IMG/VR virus record: IMGVR_UViG_3300027970_000019
Location: 7,713 to 71,712 of that record
From: a virus
Length of the DNA: 64,000 bases
Strand: one strand, 5' to 3'
Shown piece after piece: positions 54,960 through 64,000 of this stretch; the stretch's first letter is position 1, and every line of letters begins with the position of its first letter. Under the pieces are notes generated by a model. It did no database searches, had not been told where the DNA came from, and worked only from the letters and a program-made list of their open reading frames with translations. The position numbers were made by a program, and so were the translations under genes.

Positions 54960-57911
54960 ATGGAACAAAATCAAAATAATTTAACGGTTTGGCAGAGGTT
55001 ATCCAAAGCCTTTGGACCAAATGCTTTATTAAATCAAGATTATCCAACTTATAAATTTGATAAGAAGGAATTATTACGTGCAACATCAAAACAAGAGTAC
55101 GAAAAAGAGCTTTTACAAGCTCAACAAACTTATTACTTAGGTAATCAGTGGACAAAGATTGAAAGTAATCTCTATACACAAGCAATATATTATGAACCAA
55201 CTAGATTGGCTTCTTTTTATGATTACGAATCTATGGAGTATTCAATACATGGTGAAACTAAAATTGCAACACCCAATGGTTTTATCACGATTAAAGAATT
55301 AGCTGATAAAGGAAGAGATTATGAGTTTATAACATATGCTTATGACCACAATTTAAAAAAAGTTGTGCCGGCTAAAGCAAGAAACGCTCATTACACTCGT
55401 GATGAAATGACTTATAAAATTACATTTGATGATGATTCTCATATTATAGCAACATATGGGCACAGATTTCTTAAACGAGATAGTGTATTTGAATACGTTG
55501 AAAATTTAAAACCTGGTGATTCTATGATGCCTTTTTATCGTAAATCATTTTACAATAATGAGAAATATAATTGGGTTTATACTTGTAATTCTGATGAAGG
55601 ACATAATGGGTGGATTTCTGAACATAATCTTATTGCTGAATGGTTTTATGAAACCAAAGTAAAAGAAGATGAGGAAGTACATCACGTAGATTTCAATGGT
55701 AAAAATAATTTACCTGAAAATCTTCAAATTATGACTATATCGGAACATAGAGCTTACCACGCAAGATTAAATAATGAAAAATTATGGGCTAATCCCAAAT
55801 ACAGACAAAAAATGTCTGAGGTGGCAAAAAGAAAAGGTAAGTTAATTTGGGGTGGAAGAAGAAGTGGTGATAATAATCCATCATATATAAAAATTCCATT
55901 TGATGAAATTGTTAGGGTAGCAAAAGAAAAAAGGGGGGTAGAAGAAACAGCAAAAACTTTAGGGGTATCATATAGAAAGATTCAAAATGAATTAAGGTTT
56001 AATGGTTTTAAAAATTGGGACGATTTTCTTTCAGTATATAAAATAAAAAAATATCTAAAAGTTTCAGAAGACTATCATTTAATTAATTTCAAATTAATAC
56101 CTTGGGATTTATTAGTTGATGTAGCAAAAAAAGAAAAATTAATGAAAAATGTTTGTAAAACATTGGACATTACAATGGGTAAATTACGTTCAACTATAAG
56201 ACAAGGTGGATATAATAATTGGACTACATTTATGACAGCATATGGATTAGAGATTGGTAAAACAGGAAGAAAAAAAGAAATTAAAGAAAATGTAGTAAAC
56301 CATAAAATTGTTTCTATAGAACCTTATGGAATTGTTCCTGTTTATGATTTAACTGTACCTGGATATAAAAATTTTGCAACAGACACTATATTCTCACATA
56401 ATACCCCAGAAATATCCGCAGCATTAGACATATATGGAGAAGAATCAACAACTGTGGATAAGGATGGTTTTATGTTACAGATATTTTCAGAGTCAAAAAG
56501 GATAAAAGGTATTTTGGCCGACTTATTTAATAACGCATTGGATATTAATACAAATTTACCAATGTGGACAAGAAATACCTGTAAGTATGGTGATAATTTT
56601 GTTTATTTGAAACTTGATCCAGAGAAAGGAATTGTTGGTTGTATGCAATTACCGAACATTGAAATTGAACGTTTGGAGAGGGGTATGCCCGCTCAAGCAA
56701 CAAGACAAAATATTGAAGAACCCGCAGAAAACAAAGGACTAAGATTTAAATGGAAAGCCAAGGATATGGAATTTAATTCTTGGGAAATTGCCCACTTCAG
56801 ATTGTTGGGTGATGACAGAAAACTTCCATACGGCACATCAATGTTGGAGAAAGCAAGACGTATTTGGAAACAATTATTATTGGCTGAAGATGCGATGTTG
56901 ATATATAGAACATCAAGAGCACCTGAGAGAAGGGTATTCAAAGTGTTTGTTGGTAATATGGATGACAAAGATGTTGAGCCATATGTACAACGTGTTGCTA
57001 ACAAATTTAAACGTAGTCAAGTGGTTGATTCTCAAACAGGTAATGTTGATATGAGATTTAATCAAATGGCGGTGGATCAAGATTACTTTATTCCTGTTCG
57101 TGACCCAGCTCAAGCAAGTCCAATTGAAACTTTGGCGGGCGGAACAAACTTGGGTGAGATTGCGGATATTGAATATATCCAAAAGAAACTATTGACAGCA
57201 TTAAGAGTTCCAAAAGCATTCTTAGGTTTTGAAGAACCAGTTGGAGATGGTAAAAATTTATCATTAATTGATATCCGTTTTGCTAGAACAATCAATAAGA
57301 TACAAAAATCAATGATATCTGAATTAAATAAAATAGCTATCATTCATTTATTCTTATTGGGTTTTGAGGATGAATTAAATAATTTTACACTAGGTTTAAC
57401 TAACTCATCTAAACAGGCTGATTTATTAGGTCTTGAAGTTTGGAAAGAAAAAATTGCAGTTTACAAAGAATGTGTTACAGCATTACAAGATGGCACAGCC
57501 CCAACATCACATACTTGGGCAAAGAAACATGTATTAGGATTTTCAGAAGAAGAAATTAAGACTGACTTATACCAACAACGTATTGAAAGGGCTGTTGGAG
57601 CTGAATTAACTAATACGGCAACAATTATAACCAAGACTGGTATATTTGATAATATTGATAAATTATACTCTCAGAAGAGTGGTAGTACGGCATCAGCGAG
57701 TGGAACACCACCTCCCCCTGGTGGAGGAGCACCACCACCTCCTGGGGGTGAAGCTCCAATGGGATTACCTGAAAGTGAAAAGAAAGATAATTTAAAAATA
57801 CTATTGGAATCTGATGGGTTATTAGATGATGAAACTTTCATTGATTTGTCAAAAGCAAAAAATTCCTTGGGTGAAATGGAGATTCATCTAAACAAACTTT
57901 TAAATGGTTAA
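54960..57911 (+). CDS. portal protein (T4 gp20-like) with HNH intein (55242-56402)
   Basis: EY|SIHGET...VHHVDF.GKNN.PENL...IFSHN|TPEIS; LAEDAMLIYR..RAPERRVF. Confidence 0.92.
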   Translation: MEQNQNNLTVWQRLSKAFGPNALLNQDYPTYKFDKKELLRATSKQEYEKELLQAQQTYYLGNQWTKIESNLYTQAIYYEPTRLASFYDYESMEYSIHGETKIATPNGFITIKELADKGRDYEFITYAYDHNLKKVVPAKARNAHYTRDEMTYKITFDDDSHIIATYGHRFLKRDSVFEYVENLKPGDSMMPFYRKSFYNNEKYNWVYTCNSDEGHNGWISEHNLIAEWFYETKVKEDEEVHHVDFNGKNNLPENLQIMTISEHRAYHARLNNEKLWANPKYRQKMSEVAKRKGKLIWGGRRSGDNNPSYIKIPFDEIVRVAKEKRGVEETAKTLGVSYRKIQNELRFNGFKNWDDFLSVYKIKKYLKVSEDYHLINFKLIPWDLLVDVAKKEKLMKNVCKTLDITMGKLRSTIRQGGYNNWTTFMTAYGLEIGKTGRKKEIKENVVNHKIVSIEPYGIVPVYDLTVPGYKNFATDTIFSHNTPEISAALDIYGEESTTVDKDGFMLQIFSESKRIKGILADLFNNALDINTNLPMWTRNTCKYGDNFVYLKLDPEKGIVGCMQLPNIEIERLERGMPAQATRQNIEEPAENKGLRFKWKAKDMEFNSWEIAHFRLLGDDRKLPYGTSMLEKARRIWKQLLLAEDAMLIYRTSRAPERRVFKVFVGNMDDKDVEPYVQRVANKFKRSQVVDSQTGNVDMRFNQMAVDQDYFIPVRDPAQASPIETLAGGTNLGEIADIEYIQKKLLTALRVPKAFLGFEEPVGDGKNLSLIDIRFARTINKIQKSMISELNKIAIIHLFLLGFEDELNNFTLGLTNSSKQADLLGLEVWKEKIAVYKECVTALQDGTAPTSHTWAKKHVLGFSEEEIKTDLYQQRIERAVGAELTNTATIITKTGIFDNIDKLYSQKSGSTASASGTPPPPGGGAPPPPGGEAPMGLPESEKKDNLKILLESDGLLDDETFIDLSKAKNSLGEMEIHLNKLLNG

Positions 57912-57931
57912 TATTTATAAATAAAAAAGAT

Positions 57932-58645
57932 ATGAAATTTGGAATTATTAAATCAAAAATAGATTACGTATTATCAGAATCATTTAAGAATGATGAACAT
58001 TTTAAAGTTGAAATGAAATTTTTCAAAAAAAATATTTTGGAGAATAAAAACCTTAGTAAACTTTTTTATTTATATGATGAGTTGACAACAAAAAGAAATA
58101 TGGATAAAAACATTGTTGATGACTATATTAATCAATCAATTACCATATATGAAAATACTATCAACAAATTAAAACCAACTGATTACAAAAAATTAGACTA
58201 TTGGTTAAATGGGATTGAGGTTGAAAATAATTATGAAAACATTGATAAATTGTTTTCAACCAATATACTGACTTTAGAAAATAAAGTTATCAGTAAAAAA
58301 ATGATTGCGGAATCTCTAATTAAAAAAGAAGAGACTAAGGAGGTAATTAACTTACCAATTAGTTCAATGATTAAAATGGCTAATAAATCTATCGCTTCTT
58401 ATATTGAAAATTTAAATGAAAGTGATAAGAGTGAGTTGGTGAAATTATTGTCTCAGGATGAAAAGATTATGAAAGAGAGTTATGAGTTGACAAAACTTAA
58501 AGTAATTGACAAATTAAATAACCATAAATCGGAATCGGATTCCGATACATCAGTAAGAATTGATGAAACCATATTAAAATTAAAAGAGGAGAAGTTTGAT
58601 AAATTAACTTATTTCAAATTAAAAAATCTGAACGAAAGTCTTTAA
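57932..58645 (+). CDS. head-module hypothetical protein
   Basis: ORF track. Confidence 0.65.
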   Translation: MKFGIIKSKIDYVLSESFKNDEHFKVEMKFFKKNILENKNLSKLFYLYDELTTKRNMDKNIVDDYINQSITIYENTINKLKPTDYKKLDYWLNGIEVENNYENIDKLFSTNILTLENKVISKKMIAESLIKKEETKEVINLPISSMIKMANKSIASYIENLNESDKSELVKLLSQDEKIMKESYELTKLKVIDKLNNHKSESDSDTSVRIDETILKLKEEKFDKLTYFKLKNLNESL

Positions 58646-58830
58646 TCCTCTCTTTTTGTTTTTTGAGAATATACCGCTTTTTTAACTTTGTCTCTGCGTC
58701 TAATAGAGTTTTTGGTGAATTCTTTTCTTTGTTTCAACTCCGTCATTAATTTAGTTTTAATCACTTTACTCTTAAAGAGTTTAAGTGCTTTTTCAATTGG
58801 GGTTTTGTTATCTACTTTTACAATTAACAT
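58642..58830 (-). CDS. rpsU: ribosomal protein bS21
   Basis: MLIVKV...IEKALK.FK.K..KT....EL..RKEF.K.S..RR....KAVY. Confidence 0.88.
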   Translation of the reverse strand: MLIVKVDNKTPIEKALKLFKSKVIKTKLMTELKQRKEFTKNSIRRRDKVKKAVYSQKTKRED

Positions 58831-58904
58831 ATTTTGGTTTTTTTGACATTTACTTAAATTTTACTTATTTTTTATTCAAAAATAAACAAAGAAATATTTT
58901 ATGA

Positions 58905-59363
58905 ATGAAAAAAGGAAAAACTTCAAAAATCCAAGGATTTAAAACCGCTAAGATTTTATATGGAACTGTTGATTCAGTTGAACTGAAATCAATATATCTA
59001 AACATACAAACTTGGGTTGAACCTCAACTTGAACTTGAAAATTGGAATCGTGTAATATTGAATTTATCAAGAAAAGTCAAACACACAATTTACAATAATA
59101 TAAATACTGAATTATTTGAAAAAAAGTTTATTGTTGATTTGGATTTAAGGTCTAGTGGGCTACAAATGGAAAAAAAGTCTTTCCTTAATCTTGAGATTAA
59201 TTTTTTTCTTAACCAACAAGATATTGATTTTAAATCAAATAATGTTAAAGAAATCTTAAAGAATCTAACAAAAAAAATTATCCAAGACAATCTTACCAAC
59301 AATCATTATTTCAATTTTAGTCTAACTAAAAAGAGTGATAAGTTAATAAATATAAAAACATAA
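58905..59363 (+). CDS. hypothetical protein
   Basis: ORF track. Confidence 0.65.
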   Translation: MKKGKTSKIQGFKTAKILYGTVDSVELKSIYLNIQTWVEPQLELENWNRVILNLSRKVKHTIYNNINTELFEKKFIVDLDLRSSGLQMEKKSFLNLEINFFLNQQDIDFKSNNVKEILKNLTKKIIQDNLTNNHYFNFSLTKKSDKLINIKT

Positions 59364-59387
59364 ATATTTATTAATAAAAATCACAAA

Positions 59388-60107
59388 ATGAGCTTAAGAA
59401 TTTTAAATCCTGGTGAATTAGGTAAAGGAATATTAATTGAGAATGATGGGTGGGTTTCGCCTAATACAACAATGAATTCTTATATATTGGAAACTAGAAA
59501 CTTTTTAGACCACTCCAAACCTTTTGAATTTTATGCCGTTCTACAAAAATATAATACCCCAAATAGAAATGGTAGAATTTATCCTGAAAGGATATTAAAA
59601 AGAGAATCTGAAAATTACAAAAAGATGATTCAAAAAGGCACTTCTCTTTCTGAATTAAATCACCCAGAATCGTCTCTAATTGATTTAGACAGAGCTTCCC
59701 ACTTAATTACTGAAGTGTGGTGGGAAGGACCAGTTTTAATGGGTAAATTAAAACTATTAACAAGTCCTGGATTTCACGAGAGAGGAATTGTATCCACAAA
59801 AGGAGATTTAGCGGCAAACTACTTAAGACAAGGTGTTACTCTTGGTATTTCTTCTCGTGGTGTAGGATCACTTAAAAAGGTTGGGGAACAAAATGAAGTT
59901 CAGGATGACTTTGAATTAATTTGTTTTGACTTGGTATCTTCTCCATCAACACCTGGTGCTTATCTTTTCTTGAATAAAGAAGATAGAACAAGTTTGGATG
60001 AGAATTTGGATGACGATAAAAAAATGTCTGTTGAGAGAAATGTTGGTCAAAGTGGGAATAAATCACTTGACTTAATGAAAAGATTAAACGATTATTTGGG
60101 ATATTAA
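59388..60107 (+). CDS. prohead core protease (T4 gp21-like)
   Basis: NRNGRIYP, ELNHP, GISSRGVGS, FDLVSSPSTPGA. Confidence 0.92.
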   Translation: MSLRILNPGELGKGILIENDGWVSPNTTMNSYILETRNFLDHSKPFEFYAVLQKYNTPNRNGRIYPERILKRESENYKKMIQKGTSLSELNHPESSLIDLDRASHLITEVWWEGPVLMGKLKLLTSPGFHERGIVSTKGDLAANYLRQGVTLGISSRGVGSLKKVGEQNEVQDDFELICFDLVSSPSTPGAYLFLNKEDRTSLDENLDDDKKMSVERNVGQSGNKSLDLMKRLNDYLGY

Positions 60108-60136
60108 TTAATATTTTAAAAAAAAATTCTAAAACT

Positions 60137-60352
60137 ATGGAAGACGGACAAAAATATTTTGTTGCAAAAATTGCTGAAGATTTTGTTGATGATGAAACCG
60201 GAAAGGTAAAGAAAATTAAACTTGAAAAATTGGTTATGGGATATACCCCAACTGATGTTGAGGCCAAAATAACCAAGGTTTACGAACATTACACAACTGA
60301 TTGGCGTATTACCGCAATTGTTGAAAGTAAAATTGATGAGGTGATTGAATAA
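60137..60352 (+). CDS. hypothetical protein
   Basis: ORF track. Confidence 0.6.
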   Translation: MEDGQKYFVAKIAEDFVDDETGKVKKIKLEKLVMGYTPTDVEAKITKVYEHYTTDWRITAIVESKIDEVIE

Positions 60353-60519
60353 TTAATTCATCAATAATTTTGATAAGGATAATCCAAAAAATGGGTTATC
60401 CTTATTTTTTTTGTCCATATACAATATTTATGTTATATAAAATAATCTTTTTTGTATGGTATTATCTACAAAAAAATATTTTTTTAAAAAATTAACATAT
60501 TTATATAATAAAAAACGAA

Positions 60520-62076
60520 ATGGCTGAAAATAAATCATTAGTTGAAGAAGCAATACTACAAATGAAAAATTTGGAAGACGTTGTAACTGAAAATGCAAAA
60601 GGAATACTTGCCTCAACAATGAGACAAGAAATCAAAGAATTGGTAAAAGAATCTCTCAAAGAACAAGACGATGAAGAGGTTGAAGATGAAGAAGATGATA
60701 TGGACATAGAAGATGATGTGGACATTGATGACGCCTCTATGGATTTAGAGGACGATGATATGGATATTGAAGACGATATGGATATGTCAGAACCGAATAT
60801 GGAGGTTGATACAATAGACCTAACAAAACAACCAGCTTCAGAAGTTTTAAGAGTATTCAAACTTTTAAGTCCTGAAGATGAAATCGTTGTAACCAAAGAT
60901 ACTGCGGGCAACATAAACTTAAAAGACAATGAAACAAATAAAGAGTATATGATTGTTAGCGAAGGTATGGATGAATACGATGAATACGATGAAATGTATC
61001 ATTCTAATGAAATGATGGAAATGGACGATATGGACATGGATATGATGGAAATGGACGATATGGACATGGATATGATGGAAATGGACGATATGGGTTATGG
61101 TATGAATCATCAATACGATGAAGAAGAAGAAACTTTATACGAAATTGAAATGGATGACTCTGATGTTGAATCAGCATTTGAAGATGAATTTGGAGAAGGT
61201 TTTGAAGAAGAAGAAAATTATTCAGACGAGGAATTCTTTGAAGATTTTGAAGAGGAAGAAAATTATTCAGACGAGGAATTCTTTGAAGGTTTTGAAGAGG
61301 AAGAAGACAATGAATTTATGACGGAATCAAAAAAATCCACAAAAAAACCAAAAGGTATGGGTTTTGGCTCAGCATCTAAATTTAAGTATTCTAGTAAAAC
61401 TACTGATTACCCAACTAAAAAACAACCACAAGGCACTAGAGGTGTAGGTATGGGTAAACCTAAAAAAGATATTTACAAATCTGATTCTCCAAGTTTTGAT
61501 GGTGAGTTTTCAAAGAAACCAACATCATCAAGAAAAGAAAATATGGCTAAACCAATGAAACCAATGATGAAAAAAATGGAAACAAAGGAAGCGTCACGTA
61601 CTTTAGGAAATGGTAAATATTGGGGTAGAGAAGGTCTTCCGAAACCAAAAGCCGCACCACGTCACATCAGAAAAGAATCTATTGACAATTCTGAACTTGA
61701 AATCCTTAGAGAAAAAAATGAAGAGTATAGAAAAGCATTAAATATTTTTAGAACTAAACTTGATGAAGTTGCAATCTTCAATTCTAATTTGGCGTACGCA
61801 ACTAGATTGTTTACAGAACATTCAACTTCAAAACAAGAAAAAATTAATATTCTACAAAGATTTGATGGTGTTGAAACTCTTAAAGAATCAAAAAATCTAT
61901 ACAAAGTATTAAAAGACGAACTAACAAGTTCAAAACCTCAACAAGTTAATGAATCAGTTGAAAGGACAATTCAAAAATCACCTTCAACAGGTTCAGCGAT
62001 TAACTTAATTGAATCAAAAACATACGAAAATCCCCAATTCCTAAGAATGAAGGATTTGATGTCTAAATTAAAATAA
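60520..62076 (+). CDS. acidic prohead scaffold protein
   Basis: Position before MCP, acidic, 30-bp and 48-bp internal repeats. Confidence 0.7.
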   Translation: MAENKSLVEEAILQMKNLEDVVTENAKGILASTMRQEIKELVKESLKEQDDEEVEDEEDDMDIEDDVDIDDASMDLEDDDMDIEDDMDMSEPNMEVDTIDLTKQPASEVLRVFKLLSPEDEIVVTKDTAGNINLKDNETNKEYMIVSEGMDEYDEYDEMYHSNEMMEMDDMDMDMMEMDDMDMDMMEMDDMGYGMNHQYDEEEETLYEIEMDDSDVESAFEDEFGEGFEEEENYSDEEFFEDFEEEENYSDEEFFEGFEEEEDNEFMTESKKSTKKPKGMGFGSASKFKYSSKTTDYPTKKQPQGTRGVGMGKPKKDIYKSDSPSFDGEFSKKPTSSRKENMAKPMKPMMKKMETKEASRTLGNGKYWGREGLPKPKAAPRHIRKESIDNSELEILREKNEEYRKALNIFRTKLDEVAIFNSNLAYATRLFTEHSTSKQEKINILQRFDGVETLKESKNLYKVLKDELTSSKPQQVNESVERTIQKSPSTGSAINLIESKTYENPQFLRMKDLMSKLK

Positions 62077-62093
62077 ACAAAAACAAATACAAA

Positions 62094-63947
62094 ATGGGAG
62101 CATTATTAGAAAGCGGTCTTGTTGGTAATATTGGTTTGAAACACCTTAAAGTTATCAAAGAAGATACAATTAACAAATGGGATAGATTAGGATTCCTTGA
62201 TGGCCTTAGAGGTCACCTAAAAGAAAACGTAGCTCAGTTATATGAAAACCAAGCTTCATACTTAATCAATGAGGCGACTTCTGACGCAAGCTCAGGTTCT
62301 TTTGAAACTGTAGTATTTCCAATCCTTAGACGTGTATTCTCTAAATTATTGGCGAATGATATCGTATCTGTACAAGCAATGAACTTACCTATCGGTAAAT
62401 TGTTCTACTTCGTACCTAAAATCCAAGGTTATGCTTCGGGTGGAACTGGTTCGGACACTTACGCTGAACACTATTCACCTCTTGGAGCTCCAGGTAACTA
62501 TCCTGGACAAGGAGTTGGATTTAATACTGGTTACGAAGGCACTGGAGCATTTGCAAAAAATCTTTATGATTTGTTTTATGAAGGTAGTGAACCTGGTCTA
62601 GAACCAGCTGGTCTTTTTGATTACTCAAAAGGTGCATGGACAGCAATTTCTCAAAACACTCAACTAGTTCAGTGGTCAAATGGTTCACTTGTTGAATCGA
62701 CAGGTATTACTCAAACTCAAGTTGGTATTAGAAAAATTTTGATGAAACTTTGTGGATGGAATTCTTATCAAGGATGGGGTAAACTTGTCGGACCTGATGG
62801 TGCTGAAGTTGATTCTGAAACATTCTTAGCTGACCTTAAAATTATTGCAACTTCAAATTTCTCTGTTGAAGCATCGCCATGTCCTATTACGGTCGGTCAA
62901 CCACTTTTATTCCGTGTTGTAACACAACAATATGGTAAATCAATTGTAAATCCAACATCAAGAAGAGTTCAAACAACTTTTCCAACAGGAACAGCTTCTG
63001 GTGCTGGAAATGGTGGTTCTTTTGAAAGTGTTTGTGACCCTGAAGGTTGTATCTATTTAGAAGTTGATTTATCATGTCCGGTTTGTGCTGATTGTGATTC
63101 GTCTACTTTAGATGGTTACACAGGTACAACTATTCTTTCTGCATCATCAGCTAGTTCATTTACTGCGGTATGGAGAAGATACCAAGAACTTGAATTTGAA
63201 GATAAAATTGGTGAAGTTTCTTTTGACCTTGAATCTGTAACTGTTTCTGTGTCTGAAAGAAAACTTAGAGCACAATGGTCACCTGAATTAGCTCAAGACG
63301 TTGCGGCATTCCACAACATTGACGCTGAAGCAGAATTGACTGCATTGTTATCTGAACAAGTTGCGGCTGAAATTGACCGTGAAATCCTTCGTGATTTACG
63401 TAAAGGTGCTGCTTGGAATTTAAGATGGGACTACAACGGATGGAGAAGAATTTCTCAAACAACTTCTTACACTCAAAAAGATTGGAATCAAACTCTTATC
63501 ACAACAATTAACCAATTGTCAGCTCAAATCCACAAATCTACTTTAAGAGGTGGTGCTAATTGGATTATTGTTTCTTCTGAGGTTTCTGCTATCTTTGATG
63601 ACTTGGAATACTTCCACGTATCAAATGCTTCACCTGAGCAAGACCAATACAATATGGGTATTGAAAGAGTTGGTACATTAGCTGGTCGTTACCAAGTATA
63701 TCGTGATCCTTACTTCCCACCAAATCAGATTTTGATTGGTCACAAAGGTACATCACTTCTTGATACTGGTTACATCTATGCTCCGTATGTTCCACTTCAA
63801 TTAACACCTACAATGTACAATCCGTTTAATTTCACACCTATCAAAGGTATTATGACTAGATACGCTAAAAAAATGGTGAACAACCGCTTTTATGCGCGTG
63901 TTACAGTTGATGGTGTAAGAACATTTGACTTACAAGAATTGAGATAG
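62094..63947 (+). CDS. major capsid protein (T4 gp23-like)
   Basis: VSVQAM..P.G, RKLRAQWSPELAQD..AFH.IDAEAEL, YAPYVPL, GIMTRYA. Confidence 0.95.
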   Translation: MGALLESGLVGNIGLKHLKVIKEDTINKWDRLGFLDGLRGHLKENVAQLYENQASYLINEATSDASSGSFETVVFPILRRVFSKLLANDIVSVQAMNLPIGKLFYFVPKIQGYASGGTGSDTYAEHYSPLGAPGNYPGQGVGFNTGYEGTGAFAKNLYDLFYEGSEPGLEPAGLFDYSKGAWTAISQNTQLVQWSNGSLVESTGITQTQVGIRKILMKLCGWNSYQGWGKLVGPDGAEVDSETFLADLKIIATSNFSVEASPCPITVGQPLLFRVVTQQYGKSIVNPTSRRVQTTFPTGTASGAGNGGSFESVCDPEGCIYLEVDLSCPVCADCDSSTLDGYTGTTILSASSASSFTAVWRRYQELEFEDKIGEVSFDLESVTVSVSERKLRAQWSPELAQDVAAFHNIDAEAELTALLSEQVAAEIDREILRDLRKGAAWNLRWDYNGWRRISQTTSYTQKDWNQTLITTINQLSAQIHKSTLRGGANWIIVSSEVSAIFDDLEYFHVSNASPEQDQYNMGIERVGTLAGRYQVYRDPYFPPNQILIGHKGTSLLDTGYIYAPYVPLQLTPTMYNPFNFTPIKGIMTRYAKKMVNNRFYARVTVDGVRTFDLQELR

Positions 63948-63968
63948 TTAATCTTAATAAAAAATGAT

Positions 63969-64000
63969 GAGAGGAACAAGTTTTTGTTCCTCTTTTTTTT
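63969..64000 (+). terminator. intrinsic terminator after MCP
   Basis: agaggaacaa/ttgttcctct plus T-run. Confidence 0.85.

Noticed and set aside
1919-63807. Many short opposite-strand or alternate-frame ORFs in the track (e.g. 12367, 23582, 25331, 28733, 41400, 43985, 60501)
   Set aside because: Shadows of real genes or tRNAs, with biased composition and no motifs.

Overview
AT-rich segment of a large T4-like (myovirus-type) phage, most likely infecting Bacteroidota. The host call rests on TAnnTTTG promoters, A-rich start contexts without Shine-Dalgarno sequences, and bS21 lying antisense beside the head module. Left: GMP reductase, putative virion proteins, HNH, glycosyltransferases. Middle (~12.4-33.5 kb): a translation and RNA-repair island with a ROT/TROVE-vWA (DUF2828-like) gene followed by three covarying Y-RNA-like hairpins, two tRNA arrays, several non-canonical tRNA-like RNAs, a group I intron whose catalytic core is also protein-coding, free-standing homing endonucleases, a captured EcoRV-type R-M remnant, an aminoacyl-transferase-like gene and an RNA ligase. 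Right: tmRNA, ClpC and large terminase each fractured by an atypically split intein, intein-containing portal, bS21, prohead protease, scaffold and major capsid protein. The most striking observation: each tRNA array is preceded by a short leader ORF with a terminator/antiterminator, and each leader's codons match, down to isoacceptor, the tRNAs of its own array. This suggests a phage attenuation system that senses tRNA depletion. All calls were made by eye and no searches were run.
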